Of a stretch of 64,000 nt of DNA, positions 22,521 through 36,089 are shown in pieces. The DNA lies in the NCBI RefSeq assembly GCF_030028105.1, contig NC_092379.1, positions 30,215,715 to 30,279,714 on the forward strand, in the 5' to 3' direction. The first letter of the stretch is position 1; every line of letters starts with the position of its first letter. Under the pieces are notes generated by a model. The model saw nothing but the letters and a program-made list of their open reading frames with translations, did not search any database and was not told the DNA's origin. The DNA is from Mobula birostris. Its lineage: Eukaryota. The position numbers and the translations under genes are program-made.

Positions 22521-24519
22521 TGCTCTGATCTTGATGGCAGGTACGCAGGACGAGCTGACAAACTCTCCCTCAGCCTAGGAAGAGTGTGATGGCACATTCA
22601 GCCTTTGGATGTACCAATCCCTGATGGCTACTTTCCTTCCACAGAAGGTATGCATGAGAAGAAATCTGCCGCCAAACAGTTTCAGTTTGTGTGTGCTTGA
22701 ACAAAGGCGTGAAACAGGCAACCCTACTTTCCCTTCTATTCACATTTGATGTCAATCTTTTCGTTTGTGTCCAGTGGTTTGGAAAATCTGGAAGTCTGTT
22801 TCAGATAAAATGAAGTTGAAATCCACTGCGGCAAAAGACAGCGCAAGAGACAGCGGCTTTGCAGTAAGTTGAGTGAGAAGACGGTTTTAGTGAGATGTCA
22901 GTGGTTGTATCGTATTATTATTATTGTTATGCTGTTGCTGTTATTATTATTATTATTGTAAAGGAATTCAATGCAACCCTCCTGTAAAATTCTAGACTCT
23001 GCAGCAACGGCTGCCGGTAGAGGCTGATAAACTGATATTAGAGAGAATTGCTGCCATACCGATAGAGGATAAATGGAGGACAAAGTTAAGTGCAGGGTGT
23101 GGCGAAACGTTAGAAGGGTCATGAAGTGATTTACATCGGTCTGCACCGCACCGTATTCCGAAGGCTCAATGTTATGCCGTACTGTACTATTTTCTCTGTT
23201 CTACCTGAAGGAACCTGAAAGGCAAAACGAAAACGTCGAGCTCTGATCAGCTGTCCGACACCGAATACTGAGCGCAATCTCTGCCCGAACGATTCCACCT
23301 CCTTCTCGGTCGCCAAAAGCAGGCAAGGCTGGGAATTTTTAGGCCTACTCTCCGAAAGATTCCCGACCAGACAGTAACGACAGCAGCGGACGGGCGTTTG
23401 AGAAATTTCTCCAGATGTTCCTCTGTGCTGTCACTTCCATTCTCCATTAAATCGTAATTGTCCACGGCCCATATTTAAAAGATATGATATCATTTTTCAC
23501 CGGAGGGCTGCGCACACGCAGGCGCGCTGCCATCTTCTCCTCCCACGATTTCAACCAGATCTTATCGGAGATACAAAGCGGCTGAAGGCGTAGCTCTGAA
23601 AGGTCGCCGATTGAGAAAATAAGGCATGTACTCGCGGCTGTTTGGTATTTAAAATCGCTGCCCATCGGAGATCGCAAAGATGATACGACGGAGCTTTCTC
23701 ACGTTCTCCAATTCGAATGCATAATCCACCAATTCGCCGCATTTTCGTGTTTTGAAAAGCGATATGGATTGATAGACAAGAAGAAATTGGAAAAAGAGGT
23801 GGGGGAAAGCCGTGGGCCGTCGGTGGAGTCGACAGTACTACAACGTGAACTTGAGGAATTGCTTCTTCGATGTTATAGCGAGATGAGGCGTGAGTGAGAG
23901 AATGTGAAAGGTAGCAGGCAAATTTATTTTCCCGTAGTTTATTTATCGTTCCTTTTTTTCATTCTTTATATTTTCTCAGCATGAACTGTAAGTATGCCAG
24001 GCAGAATACTTGAACGCAATACACAAAAAAAAACGGAGTACTATCTCAGCAGGCAACGCGGCATGTATGGGAAGGAGTAAGCATTCGGCGTGTCTGGCCG
24101 GAATCATTATCGGGACCTTAATATTTGCATGCACTCCTTGCAGGAAATTGGAAGACTCGGAGTTTTCCAGTATCACTGACGACTACCCATGGAAGAAATT
24201 CATGCAATTTCAGATTCTTACACACCGTTTTATGGAGCGGTAGCTAGCACTGGATGAACGCTGGATTATTCGAAAGGCTGAGGGCTTGATAGTTTGGGCA
24301 TAAAGATGGTGGCTGCACCAGAGTTACCGGAGGCAGGAAAGTGGGTGAGAAGAAAGATAAGGGACTTAATCAGCCAGGGCTGAGTGCCCTGCGGAAATCT
24401 CCCTCAACAACAGATATGCTACTTTGGATAATTTTGGGGGCATGAGGTAGCAGAGAAACATCACAGCGGTGTACACTCCGGCATCAAGTGTGTTTCTCTG
24501 AGGGAGAAGAAATATGAAT

Positions 24520-26330
24520 TGAATCGAATAGAATTGACTTTATCACCGACATGCTTCATTTATATGAGGAGTACAAATCTTCACGTTACATTTCCGTTTA
24601 AATATGCAATGTGCAACTTATAATAATTTAGAATAAATACGATTTACAAAAGGAGAGTCAATATAACTTAGAAATACAAATATATCGGTATGATTTAATC
24701 CGTCTGATGTCTTGGTGGAGGAAGCTGTTCCGGAGCCTCTTGGTCCTCGATATCATGCTGCAGTCCGGTATCCCGGATGGAAGCAGCTGAACCATTGAGT
24801 GCCTGGCGTGTCTCGGGTCTTTAATGATCCTTCGGGCCCGTTTTACACACCTCTCTTTGTAAATGTCCTGAATATTGTGCAGGTCGCATCTACAGATGCG
24901 TTGTTCACACCACTTTCTGCAGAGTTCAGCGATTGAGGGAAGTACAGTTCCAACACCAGGCAGTGATGAAGCCAGTCCGGATGCTCTCAGTTGTGCTCCA
25001 GTAGAGCGCTCCAGGGATCTGGACTTCAATATCAAGCTTCTTCAACGGTCTGAGTTGAAAGAGGTGCTATTTTGCCTTATTCAACACACAACAGGTATGT
25101 ACCGAATAGGTCAGATCCTCAGTGATGTGTATGCCGAAGAACTTGAGGTTTAAAATTCCAGTGATGTTAATTGTGGTTAGCCTGCCTCCACTCTGCCTTT
25201 AGCCCACAACCAGCTCCTTTTATTTTGTTCTGCGACTTTGGAGAGAAGTTGTTTTCTTGATGCCACTGTGTCAGGGTGGTGAATTCTTCTCTTTAGGGTC
25301 CCTCATTATTGTATGAGATGAGGTCCATCATGTAGTGTCCTCAGCAAATTTAATTAGCACATTGGAGATCTGGGTAGGGACACAGTAATTGCTAATCAAA
25401 GAGTAAAGAAGGAGGCTTCGTACACTGACCTGAGGCACCTGTGTTCAGGGTCAGAGGAACAGTGGTGAGGGAGCCATTTCTTCCCACCTGCGGCGATCTG
25501 ACGGAAGGTCCAGGATCCAGATACACAAGGCAGTGTGAAGGGCAAGGTGTCTGAAATTCTCGTGTAGCCTGGGGGGAATTATAGTTTTGAATGCTGAACT
25601 GTAGTCCAAGAAGAGCATTCATACATAAGCACCCCGCTTCTCTAGATGTGTAAGGGCGGATATGGAGCTGTGGCTATTGCGTCATCTATTGGACGGTTAT
25701 GTCGATAGGTGACCTGTAGGGGGGTCCAGTGTGGGTTGTAGCATGCCGCAGATGTAGTCCCTGACTAACCACTCAAAGCATTTGCTTGTTACTGAGGTGA
25801 GTCCAACAGTACGCCAGTCGTTCGAACATGTTACCTTGGTCTTTTTATGTACAGGAACAATGACCGAATTTTTGAAGCAGGAGGACATCTACATTGGGAG
25901 ACGGAGAGATTAGAAATGTCTGTAAACACATCTGCCAGTTGTGCCGCGCAGACCCCGAGTACCCGCCCTGGGATGGGTCACAGAGTCTGGCGAATGTCCA
26001 CTCGTTGGCAACACCTGCGTATTTCAGCCTCAGAAATGACCAGACTGCCGGTGACGTCATCTGCAGGTCTCCTCAGGGGCTCAGTATTGGCAACAGGGAA
26101 TCGAGCAGATAAAGATTTAGCTCGTCTGGGAGAGAGGCAGCGATGTTGGAAAATTCACTGCCTTCAGCTTTGAGTCTTGCACTGCTGCTGCAAGCTTTGT
26201 GTTACCAGCAAGTGCTGCTCGCACGGAACTGTTGATTCACAGTGCCGGTGTCCAAGACTTCCCGAATCGAGTTTTCAGAATTTTAGATGGGTGTTTGAAC
26301 AGTCAGATGTCGTGGCCCCACGTGAGTAAC
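24520..26330 (-). mobile_element. Rex1/Babar LINE fragments (paralog ~52160-54400)
   Basis: CFKNSVIVPVHKK...NDWRTVGLTSVTSKCFE RT motif; IQDIYKERCVKRARRIIKDPRH C-terminus; 3' tail. Confidence 0.8.
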
Positions 26331-26623
26331 AATGACATTAATAATAAGACTCACCAGGTTCTACAGTGATCTGAAGGAGTTATATGCTACGCTAAAGGAT
26401 AGGATCTCCAGAGCTGTGATCTCAGCATTGTTCCCTGTGCCACGTCCTCGTGAGGTCAGAAGTTGGAAAATGATACACTTAAATACGGAGTTGGTCTATG
26501 AAGGAGTACGTGAGATTTTTGGATTATTCGGCTCTCTTCCAGGGGAAGTGCGTCCTCTATAGAGCAGACGGTTTGCAATTAAATTAGAAAGGGAGCAATA
26601 TCCTATTCTGAAGATTTGCTAGT

Positions 26624-27310
26624 GAACCTCATCCTCGGAGCAGATGCGGCGGAGACGGAGGAGCTGGAAGTAGGGACTTGTATTTTTTGCTTGTCGTGGG
26701 GATTGAAGAGGTATAGTCGAGGTAGTTATGAGAGTCAGTGGTCTTGTAGAAGATGTCAGTGTACAGTCTGTCTCCAGAGATGGAGACCGAGATATCGAGA
26801 AAGGGGAGAGAAGTGTCCGAGATAGAGCAAGTGAATTTGAGGGCTGGGTGGAAGTTAGAAGTAAAGTCGATGAAATTGACGAGCTCAGCATGGGTGCAGG
26901 AAGCAGCACCGATCTAATCGTCAATGTACCGAAGGAAATGTTGGGGAGCAGTACCAGAATAGGTTTGGAGCACAGACAGCAATCGGAACCTATGGGGGGT
27001 TGGAGGTCAGAGTGAAAAGAAGGGGAAAGAGAGAATGTTGAATGAGAGAAGGGAATGGCAGAAATAGAGGGACGGTGTGAAAGAGGAAGAGTGTAGTTGA
27101 GAGTGGTGAAGGGAGGAAAGGGGAGGTTGGTGAAAATGTGGTAGGGAGGGTAAGAAAGGGGGAGTTTGGAAACAGAGGTTAATGACAGAGAGAGAGAGAA
27201 AAAAAGAGAGAGGAAGAAAGGATGGGATTGGAGAGTGCGCCACCTGTCCTGGTTCTGATGGAGGTCCTGAAATATTACTTCTATTTCTCTCTCACCAGCA
27301 GCTCTTCTGC
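26624..27310 (-). mobile_element. Penelope-like RT fragment, present only in unit 1
   Basis: ...QLLRLRRICSEDE is a Penelope RT C-terminal motif. The paralogous site at ~54679 lacks it. Confidence 0.75.
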
Positions 27311-28306
27311 CTGCTAAGTTACTATGTTTTTTTTTTCAATTTCAAATTTACCTGGATTTTTCTTGACCCACTCAACCACAGGCCCTGTAGCAAAATCCCT
27401 TACTGGTTAGTGCAGTTTCTGTTTGGTGTTCGGACGGTTTGCGGTGAGCTCAAGCAGCTCCCTGCCAGAAGAGCTCAGATCCGACCCATGGAGAGGGGCG
27501 GATTTCAGAATACATGGCAGCACAGAAACTGCCCGACTTGCAAGAAGGTGCAAAATAAGAGAACAAGAGAGCCTTCTGAATAGTTGAGGCCTCTCGCCAT
27601 CTCCAGACTCTCCCCTGCCTTTTCGAGCATTGCGGGACGAATGTTCAGGGTTGTGCCTATTAAAGCAAAGTATTGAAGGTAAGGCAGATGAGCTTCGAGC
27701 ATGAATTGTGATATTGTAGCCATTAGTGACACCTGGTTGCAGGAGGGGCCGGACAGGCAGCTCAGTGTTCTGGCGTTCCGTTTGTTTAACACTTGACAGA
27801 GGCAAAGTACCTAAGTGTAAGGGTGACATTGAGCGAAATGCTTTGCAATGCTCAGACAGGACAGACAGGTTGGCTTATCTACTATAGCTACATGGTGTAA
27901 CAGAGGATTAGGAGATGACTGATTACATTACTAGAGTTAGTCGACAAGGTATAGAGTAGTGAACTTGTTGAGAGAGACCAGATATTTGCAAAACTATAGT
28001 TGTGAACGTGGGCAATTTTAACTTTCCACATGCAGTCGATGCCATACATGCCTTCTGAATCAACACAAAATCTAATTTCCCGACGTATTGAACCTGATTC
28101 TCAGATTGATTCTCATGCTAGCACATCGGATTCCATATCAAAGGTAACTTCCCAGAATTTACACAAATTCAGTCATTGCAATAAAACCGAATCTTTGCTT
28201 TTGGTGTTTTGATAATAGTATAGAAAGCGATTGCAGGAATAGAGTTTTGAGTTATACTCGGGCACTGGGATACAAGAGGTCGGGGATACATTACACCAAT
28301 TAATAG

Positions 28307-28897
28307 TGCAGCGAGAGAACAGTGGTTGTGGTTCTTCTGTCACTGAGCGTGATCTTTTGTTTTAAGAACATTCCTTGGGCTTTTGCTTACACTGGTTTTA
28401 TAACTACCCAAAATATTTATCGGGCTTGCCTTCTGTTGTCGGCATTAAATTTTCAACTAGCATGGCTTGCATTTTCTTCGACAGATCAGCTGTTAACTCC
28501 AGTCGTTCCATTCCGTTTAATTGCATTGCTCAATGCACTCACCGTCCGACGCATTTTGGTAGCCAATCGGATCCGCAGAACCCTCCGGGACTGCAGGGCT
28601 CCCGAGACGGAGAAACGTAGGAGGCCTTTTATTTTGTTTCATGCAATATCCAGCAGTTTTCTTCTGCTCTGGGCCACAAGTCTTGCATATTTTCGTTTCG
28701 CTCGCACGAATACAGCATTTTTGTCCAAAACTTCCATAAATGAGTTTGTAAGTTTTGAACAATCTGCGATTATGTTTCAGATGCTCAGCTGCTGCTCAAA
28801 CACGGTCATTTACACCGTGACGCAGAGAAAATTCAGGGAAGATCTGTTCCACGTGATCAAATACCCTTTCACTCGAAATGGATCTTTCGTGAAGTAA
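28307..28897 (+). pseudogene. 5'-truncated rhodopsin-class GPCR (GPR139/142-like), TM4-TM7 only
   Basis: CSERTVVVVLLSLSVIFCFKNIP...LLNALTVRRILVANRIRR...SSSFLLLW...MFQMLSCCSNTVIYTVTQRKFRE. CR1-like sequence lies directly upstream, and I saw no TM1-3/DRF motif there. Confidence 0.75.
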
Positions 28898-29149
28898 AGT
28901 AAACTTGTTTTTCAGAACCATGATGGCGGAAATCCAACGATGGTGACTGTGGGAACTTTGGGTAGGAAAACAGCTTTGGATAAAATGGTTAATATTCCAT
29001 ATATTAAAAAATAGCAAAACGAAAACAGAGACTTTCCTATTCCATATGATCACTCATTAGCGTAGTGCATAGAAATACTTTCTGGCCTCATTATAGTCGA
29101 CCTATTTTCTTTATTCCGCGCGGAAAATTCCTGAAAGTCTCTTATCACT

Positions 29150-30070
29150 TATGCACCATGTGCTTCTGAAATGTTGGAGACCACGGAAAGCCAGTTAGCA
29201 TCTATGGAAAAGAGGAAACAGTCGGCGTTCCAGGCCGAGACCCATCATCAGTCTATTAAAACGATTAGAAGTCAGTGTAGGAAGATGGAGAGAGGAGAAG
29301 ATGAAGTACAAGGTAGTCGGTGGTTGGGGGGACCTGGCGAGGTGGAGGTTGCAGCAAAGAGTTGGAAATTCGATTGATGAAATATAAAGGACGGAAGAAG
29401 GGGGAATCTTATGGGAGAGGACGAAAAACTATTGAAAACTTTTGCTGAAAGTTAAATTGGACAGCCATATGGACAGGACAAGAATGAAGGGTTATGGGCT
29501 GAGTGTAGGTCGGTAGGACTAGGTGAGAGTAAGAGTTCGGCACGGACTAGAAGGGCCGAGATGGCCTGTTTTCGTGCTGTAATTGTGATATGGTTATATG
29601 GTTAAAAGGAACGAGGTGGAGCAACAAATGGAAGTGATGGGCATGCAAGAGATTAGGTGAGAAAGGGAAATTGGAATGAGGAATGGTGAAGAACGGGGGT
29701 GGGGGCAACTACCGGAAACTTGAAAAATCAATGCTCATGCCATCAGTTTGGAGGCTACCCAGCCGAAATATAATGTGTTGCTCCAACAACCTGAGTGCGG
29801 CCTGATCGCGGCAGTAGAGGAGTCCATGGACTGACATGTCAGAGTAGGAATGGGAAATAGATTTGAAATGGATGGCCACCAGGATATCCCAATTTTTATG
29901 GTGGAGAATAGGTGATTGGCGAAGCGGTTGGGTCACACCGATATGCAGGAGGGCGCACCGGGAGCATCGGATACAGTGATGACCCAAGCAGACTAACAGC
30001 TGACGTATCCCCTCACCTGGAAAGACTGTTTGGGGCACTGAAATGTAGTAGAAGCGAAGGGTTGGGGCAG
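29150..30070 (-). mobile_element. Penelope-like element 3' part (GIY-YIG C-terminus + pseudo-LTR)
   Basis: CIRCSRCALLHIG...HFKSISHSYSDMSVHGL...EQHIIFRLGSLQTDGMSIDFSSFR. Confidence 0.85.
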
Positions 30071-31399
30071 GTGTGACACTTGTCCTGCTTGCAGTCTTAC
30101 ATCACTTAATAATTGTCAATTCTTCAGCTTAAAATCTGAAAACGCTGTAATTCGTTTCGAAGATCTCACCATAGCCGTTCCTGTTTCTTTGACAGCCTAC
30201 GTGGTGCTAAATCCATGATATTCCCATTGCTTGTATTTTTCATAATCCATTATTGTGACCAGAAAGCCAATTTATTTGATGACCTTGACTGTAAGAAATT
30301 TGTCAGTTCCCAGTGCACCACTTACAGAAGTGGCAGTTATTTAATCTGGCTTCTGATCTATGAAATAACTTAGCCATAGTCATTAAAGGCTTCATCGGTG
30401 TACACAAAGGTATTCAGCAGCAAATGCAATTAACGGGAGGTAAGAGGAACAAACATTATTCGTCTTGTATGATGGGACCTTTGTTCCCGTGTAACAAGAT
30501 TGAAGTGCCAGGATGCAAAATTGCAATGGAGGATAAGACAAATAATCGGCGCAGAAAACGAAAAGCGCAGTCATACTTTACTGTTTCATGGGCCGTTCAG
30601 AAATCTGATGGAGGAGGGATGGAATCTGTTTCCGAATCGCAGAGCGTGGACGTGGAGCTCTGAACACAAATTCCTGTAGGTGTTAACGAGCACAGTGCAG
30701 TCCGGATATTGAGAGTTGTTCGGAGTTGGATGCCGATTATTTGAAGATGGCCATAATGATGAGCAGGGACAGAGGTCGGTGATGTGAGTGAGATATCTAC
30801 AGTCACCCGCCACCCGCCACCTGCTCCCCTGACCACATAAGATGCTGTAAGGAGGTGAACGGGTGCTGTAGCACAGAAGAAGGTCAAAAGAAAGGGTACT
30901 ACCACACTGTCCGTGAAACCTGGGTGTTCTAACTCAGTACTAGCAGAAAGGTACGTTTATGGACGTATGTGTATATGTGTGATGATCAGAAGTGAAGGGG
31001 GGTAAACGGCGGTAATGGCTCAAGTAAAGAGCGAAGTCCCTGAAGCGGATGAACCGTTCCAAGACTTTTAATAAGAACTGGGCAGGATAATGGAAAACCA
31101 ATAAAGGCGAGGCCAACAAGGCGCGAGGAAAGCGTTAAGCCAGTATTGCCGATGACACAAAGGAGGCTGGAGGGCAGCTAGTATTGAGGAAGTAGGAAGA
31201 CTACAGGAGGACTGAGGCAGATTTGGAGAATGAGCATAGAGGTGGTAAATGGAACACAGAGTCAGGAAGTGTATGGTATGCACTTTCTAAATGGGAAGAA
31301 AATTCAAAAATCGGAGATGGAACTGGACATGAGAGTTTTCGCGCACGGTGCCGTGAAGCCCACTTGCAGGTTGATTCAGTAGTGAGAATGCAAATGTAT

Positions 31400-34300
31400 C
31401 AGCTCTAGATGCCTGTGTCCAACACTTTGAAATACCATAATCCCGCAGGGTTTTGGACATTCAAAGGAAGCTCTGACAGTGTCTGACCGAGTTAGGAAGG
31501 GATTCGATCATTTTATGCCAGAGGGATTTGTTTCCCTGAATGATGCGTCCACTCAAATACCAATAAAAATTGTTCGTGATACTGGGGCTTCTCTGTCACT
31601 TATATTCGACAGTGTTCTCGGGTTTAGTGATGAGACTGACATTGGTGAAGTAAATTTTATACCAGGTATTGAGAGTAACCTTACGCCTACACCTCAGCAC
31701 AAAATAGTTTTAACGTCAGGGATAGTTTCAGGATCTGTTACAATCGGACTACGACACAGTTTACCGGTGGATGGTGTTTCTTTATTGTGAGGGAATGACT
31801 GAGCAGAGGGAAAGGCTGTTCCTGCAGTGCAGCTGACAATTAAGCCAATCACTGATGATCCAAAGATGGAGGCTGACATGTATCCCTCCTGTGTAGTAAC
31901 CCAAGCTATGCCGAGATATTCTGCCAAGGCAGATGGTTCTGTGCAGCATGGGTCTACTACCCATGACAGCTCAAATCGGTGTCTCAGATTTTGGTGATGT
32001 GTCAGGAGCTTTCCTACCTTCCTTGTTTGATCAAGATTCTTGTAGTGAGTCGGACCATTAGCACTTGTCTATTTCTGAGAAGGAGATTACAGTGGAGCAG
32101 AGTGGAGATCCTGAGATTGTCACCTTGAGAGAGAATGCTCTCCCAGATAGCGAGATTTAGAAGTTGACAGTAGGGTTTTATTCCAAGAGTGTAGTATTAA
32201 TTAGAAAGTGAAAACCACCTGAGATTCCTGCAAATGAGGATTGGGCAGCTGTTCACCAGGTCGTCGACCTTCAGGGCTGTAGGAATGAAATGTTAACTTT
32301 GGCTCATAGTATGCCCGTAGGTGGCCATCTAGGTGTGAAAAAAAAACTGTGAACAAAGTCATGAAACCCTTCTTCTGGCCTGGTTTGAGGAAAGATGTGG
32401 CGACATTTTGCCGAACTTGTCACACTTATCAGGTTGTGGGTGTACCTAATCAAGACAACCCAATAGCACAATTGCAACATATTCCTGCATTTAGTGAATT
32501 GTTTTCTAAAGTTAGAGCAGATTGTGTTGGCCTATTGCCCAAAACTAAAGCTGGACATCAAGATTTGCTGACCATCATATGTACAGCATCTGGGTTTGCA
32601 GAAGCAATACCTCTCAGGAATATAAAAGCTAAAACTGTGACGAAGGCTCTTATGAAGATCTTTACTTTATTTGGGCTCCCCAAAGAAATCTAGTCTGATC
32701 AAGGAAGTAATTTTATGCCGCGATTATTCCAGCAAGTACTTTATAACCTGGGAGACAAGCAGATTATATCGTCTGCGTACCATTCAGAATCACAGGGGGC
32801 CTTGGAAAGGTGTCATTCTATCCTCAAAGCCATGATTAGGATGTTCTGTGTCGAAAATGAGAATTATTGGGATGTGGTAGTTCATTTGCTTTTATTTGCA
32901 GTAAGAGAGTCAGTACAGTAGTCCCTAGGCTTTAGCCCTTTTGAACTTGCGTTTGGGCATTGAGTCCGAGGACCTTTGGCATTGTTAAAAGAACAGTGTG
33001 TTCACAAAGAACTCCATACTAATTTGTGGGATTATGTCTTGAAATTTAAGGAAAGATTGCAAAAAGCTTAGCTCATTATAGGAAAATTTATAATCTGCCC
33101 AAGAAAGAATGAAAAGTTGGTATGACGAGGAAGCTAGAAAGAGGTCATTCGAGTCGGGAAATAAGGTGTTGTTTTTTCCCCTGTGCAAACAAACCCATAA
33201 AAGCTAAATTTCATGGTCCTTACGAGATTATATCTTAAGGTAATAATGCGGTATATGCGGTACAAACCTTAAATCGAGGAGGCCCACGCTGCTTTGTCAG
33301 GTAAACATGATAAAACCATATTATGAAATACAGTTCGCCGCTATGATTGTTGTAGTCAATGACAATGATCCTGATTTGCCTTGGAACTTGGTAGCTGATC
33401 CATCTGAGGCTTATTTTAAACCGAACATTATTTCTGCCAGACTACCAAATTCGACAAGTTTGGAAGATTTTGATAAGAAATTGGCTCATCTACAGCCACA
33501 GCAGCGGCAGCAAATGAAGCAGTTAATTATCAAATTTCGGTTTTTATTTCCAGACCTTCCAAAAAAACCGCAGTTGCCTGACATGATGTAGGTGTTGGGA
33601 TCGTCAAACCAATAAAGCAACTTCCATTTCGAATGGACATGGGAAAATATAAAATCGCTGAACAAGAAATGGAATATTTGTTAGAAAATGTTATTCTTCG
33701 GCCTTCTGCTTCGGATTGGAGTTCACCTTGTGTCTTGGTACCTAAACCAGAAGGTAGCATTCGGTTTTGTACTGATTACAGAAAGGTGAATGCTGTAACA
33801 AAAACCGATGCATATCCAATCCCAAGGGTAGATTATTTTGTGGATAAGGTTGGAAAAGCTCAGTTTCGTACAAAGATCCACCTGTTCAAATGATAATGGT
33901 GTGTTCCTTTGACAGATAGTTCAGCATTTGTAACGCCATCTGGGTTATATGAATACAATGTCCTGCCATTTGGAATGAAGAATGCTCCGCAAAAAATTCC
34001 AGAAAATGATTAATTCCGTAATTCAAGGGTTTAAACATACAGATGTCTGTAATGATGATTTAGTCACAGGGAATAACACTTGGGAAGCACATATATCTGC
34101 AGTGGGAAAGCTGTTTGAAAGGCTTTCACAAGCCAACATAACTATTAATTTAGCTAAAAGTGAATTTGGCCATGTTACTGTGACCTATCTTGGTAACGTT
34201 GTGGGTCAAGGCAGGTTGGTTCCTGTTCAAATGTTCAGGCAATTTTGAAGATTCCTACCTCAACTGGTAAAAAAACTCTCAGAAGATTCTTGGGAATGGT

Positions 34301-35263
34301 AGGATATTACCGTAAGTTCTGTAAGAAATTTGCCGAGATTGCCCTTCCGTTAACTAACTTCCTGAAGTAAGGTGAGAAGTGTGTTTGGAAAAAGCCTTGT
34401 CAGGAGGCCTTTGATAAGTTGAAAGCTATCGTATGTCACCACCCTGTGCTCAGGTCACCTGACTTTGAAAAGCCATTTTCCCTAGCTGTGGATGTCAGTG
34501 ACGAGGCTGCAGGAGGAGTATTACTATAAAGGGATAATTATGATGATGTTGACCATCCCATGGCTTACTTTTCCAAGAAAGTTAATGGGCATCAAAGAAA
34601 TTATTCAGCATTAGAAGAGGAATTATTATCACTTCTTTTAGCTCTGAAAAATGTTGATGTGTACGTTGGTGCAACTCAGAAACCACCAGGGGTTTGCACC
34701 GATCACAACCCATTGGTATTTTTGAGTAAACTGAAAAACGAAAATGGAAGGTTGCTAAATTGTAGTTTATTTTGCAGGAATATGATATCTCAATAACTCA
34801 CATTAAAGGCAAAGATAATGTAATTGTCGACTATCTGTCCAGATGTTGAACTTGCAATGTATTTTTTTTATGGAGTGGAATTTTGATATTTGTGTACACT
34901 CCTGCCAGGTTATATTAGTACTGTATGACAACTGTGTGCGTATCGTGCATTTTGCAAACTTTATGCATTGTATATTTTGCAAATTGTAGTTAAAATTTTG
35001 CTTTTGATAGATCAATATTTTCTTTTGTTGAGGGGAGGTTTTACTTGCTCCGTTAGTATCTCGTGAGCATGATGTATTGTCTCGTGATATTAGTATGATG
35101 TAATTGTCTCGTGATATTTCCATGATGTAAATGTCATGATAGTGGGTGATGTGATGTCACGTGATGGCATGTTCCAACCGGTGTAAAAGGGGAGACCGCA
35201 GTTTGCTGCTCAGTTGTTTTGTTGGGGGAGTCACAGTCGGTGCTAACGTAATCGAAGGAGAGA

Positions 35264-35350
<87 letters not shown>

Positions 35351-36066
35351 ATTGCCAGCCTCGGGCGAACCCAAAGTATTGGGTAGAAATCAGCGGCGTT
35401 CTGTGATTGACATTTGGTATGGTCCATACGGGTATTATGGCATACACTTCTGGTTAACCCCTGCGTAGTCTCGGCTGCTGTGTGGTGACCACCTCCGGCG
35501 AAAGATCGGTTAGATCGGTTATTGTGAGAAATCTTATTCTTCGTGATCTCTTTGGACAAGGCATTTCTCGGCTTGGATTTGCGTCAGCAGTTTCGTCTTC
35601 TCTTCATCGGTGGTTCAGGAAGTCTCTCCTCTCACGTATTTCATCACTTGGACTCTTTGAACTACCACCTTAAGACTGTGTTTGAGTAAGATTTGTTAAG
35701 AATTGTCACTAGGTTCGACTGTGTGATAATTATAGACGTGAAACACTGTTAACTTCCGTTACAGTTACTTAAAAATTAAGTAAAAGGTTGCTTACTTTTC
35801 TATGTTATTGAGTAGAGGTTAATAAACTTCGTTGTTTATTCATAGAAACCCCGACTTAATTTCATATCTGTTGCTGCTGGTGCGTAACAAAACATATCAC
35901 TGAAATGTTGATTATCAAGCACACACTTCCGTGGGAAAACCACAGAATTCACGACGATCTCTAGGCATGGAGACGGCTGGAGCAAAGAAGTGAACGTACG
36001 TCCCAAATCCACGACTGGAGTCACCGAACCACTTGGTCATTTTGTCTATGACCTAAACATGGTAAA
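31400..36066 (+). mobile_element. Gmr1-type Ty3/Gypsy relic, copy 2
   Basis: Paralog of copy 1: VRDTGASLSL, integrase 32349-32921, RT 33633-34248, RNase H 34560-34796, LTR ~35039-36066. Confidence 0.88.
35263..35346. repeat. (AG)n microsatellite in the Gypsy LTR (shorter paralog at 15125-15158)
   Basis: Directly visible dinucleotide run. Confidence 0.95.
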
Positions 36067-36089
36067 GGAATATTTTTACCACTATGCCA

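Larger units (their letters stand above)
10950..27800. repeat. Segmental duplication unit 1 (Gypsy relic + NAR-TCR cassette + upstream LINE debris)
   Basis: Collinear with ~31250-54930, e.g. 10961 atggtatgcactttctaaatgggaag matches ~31273, and 26590-26623 matches 54646-54679. Confidence 0.9.
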
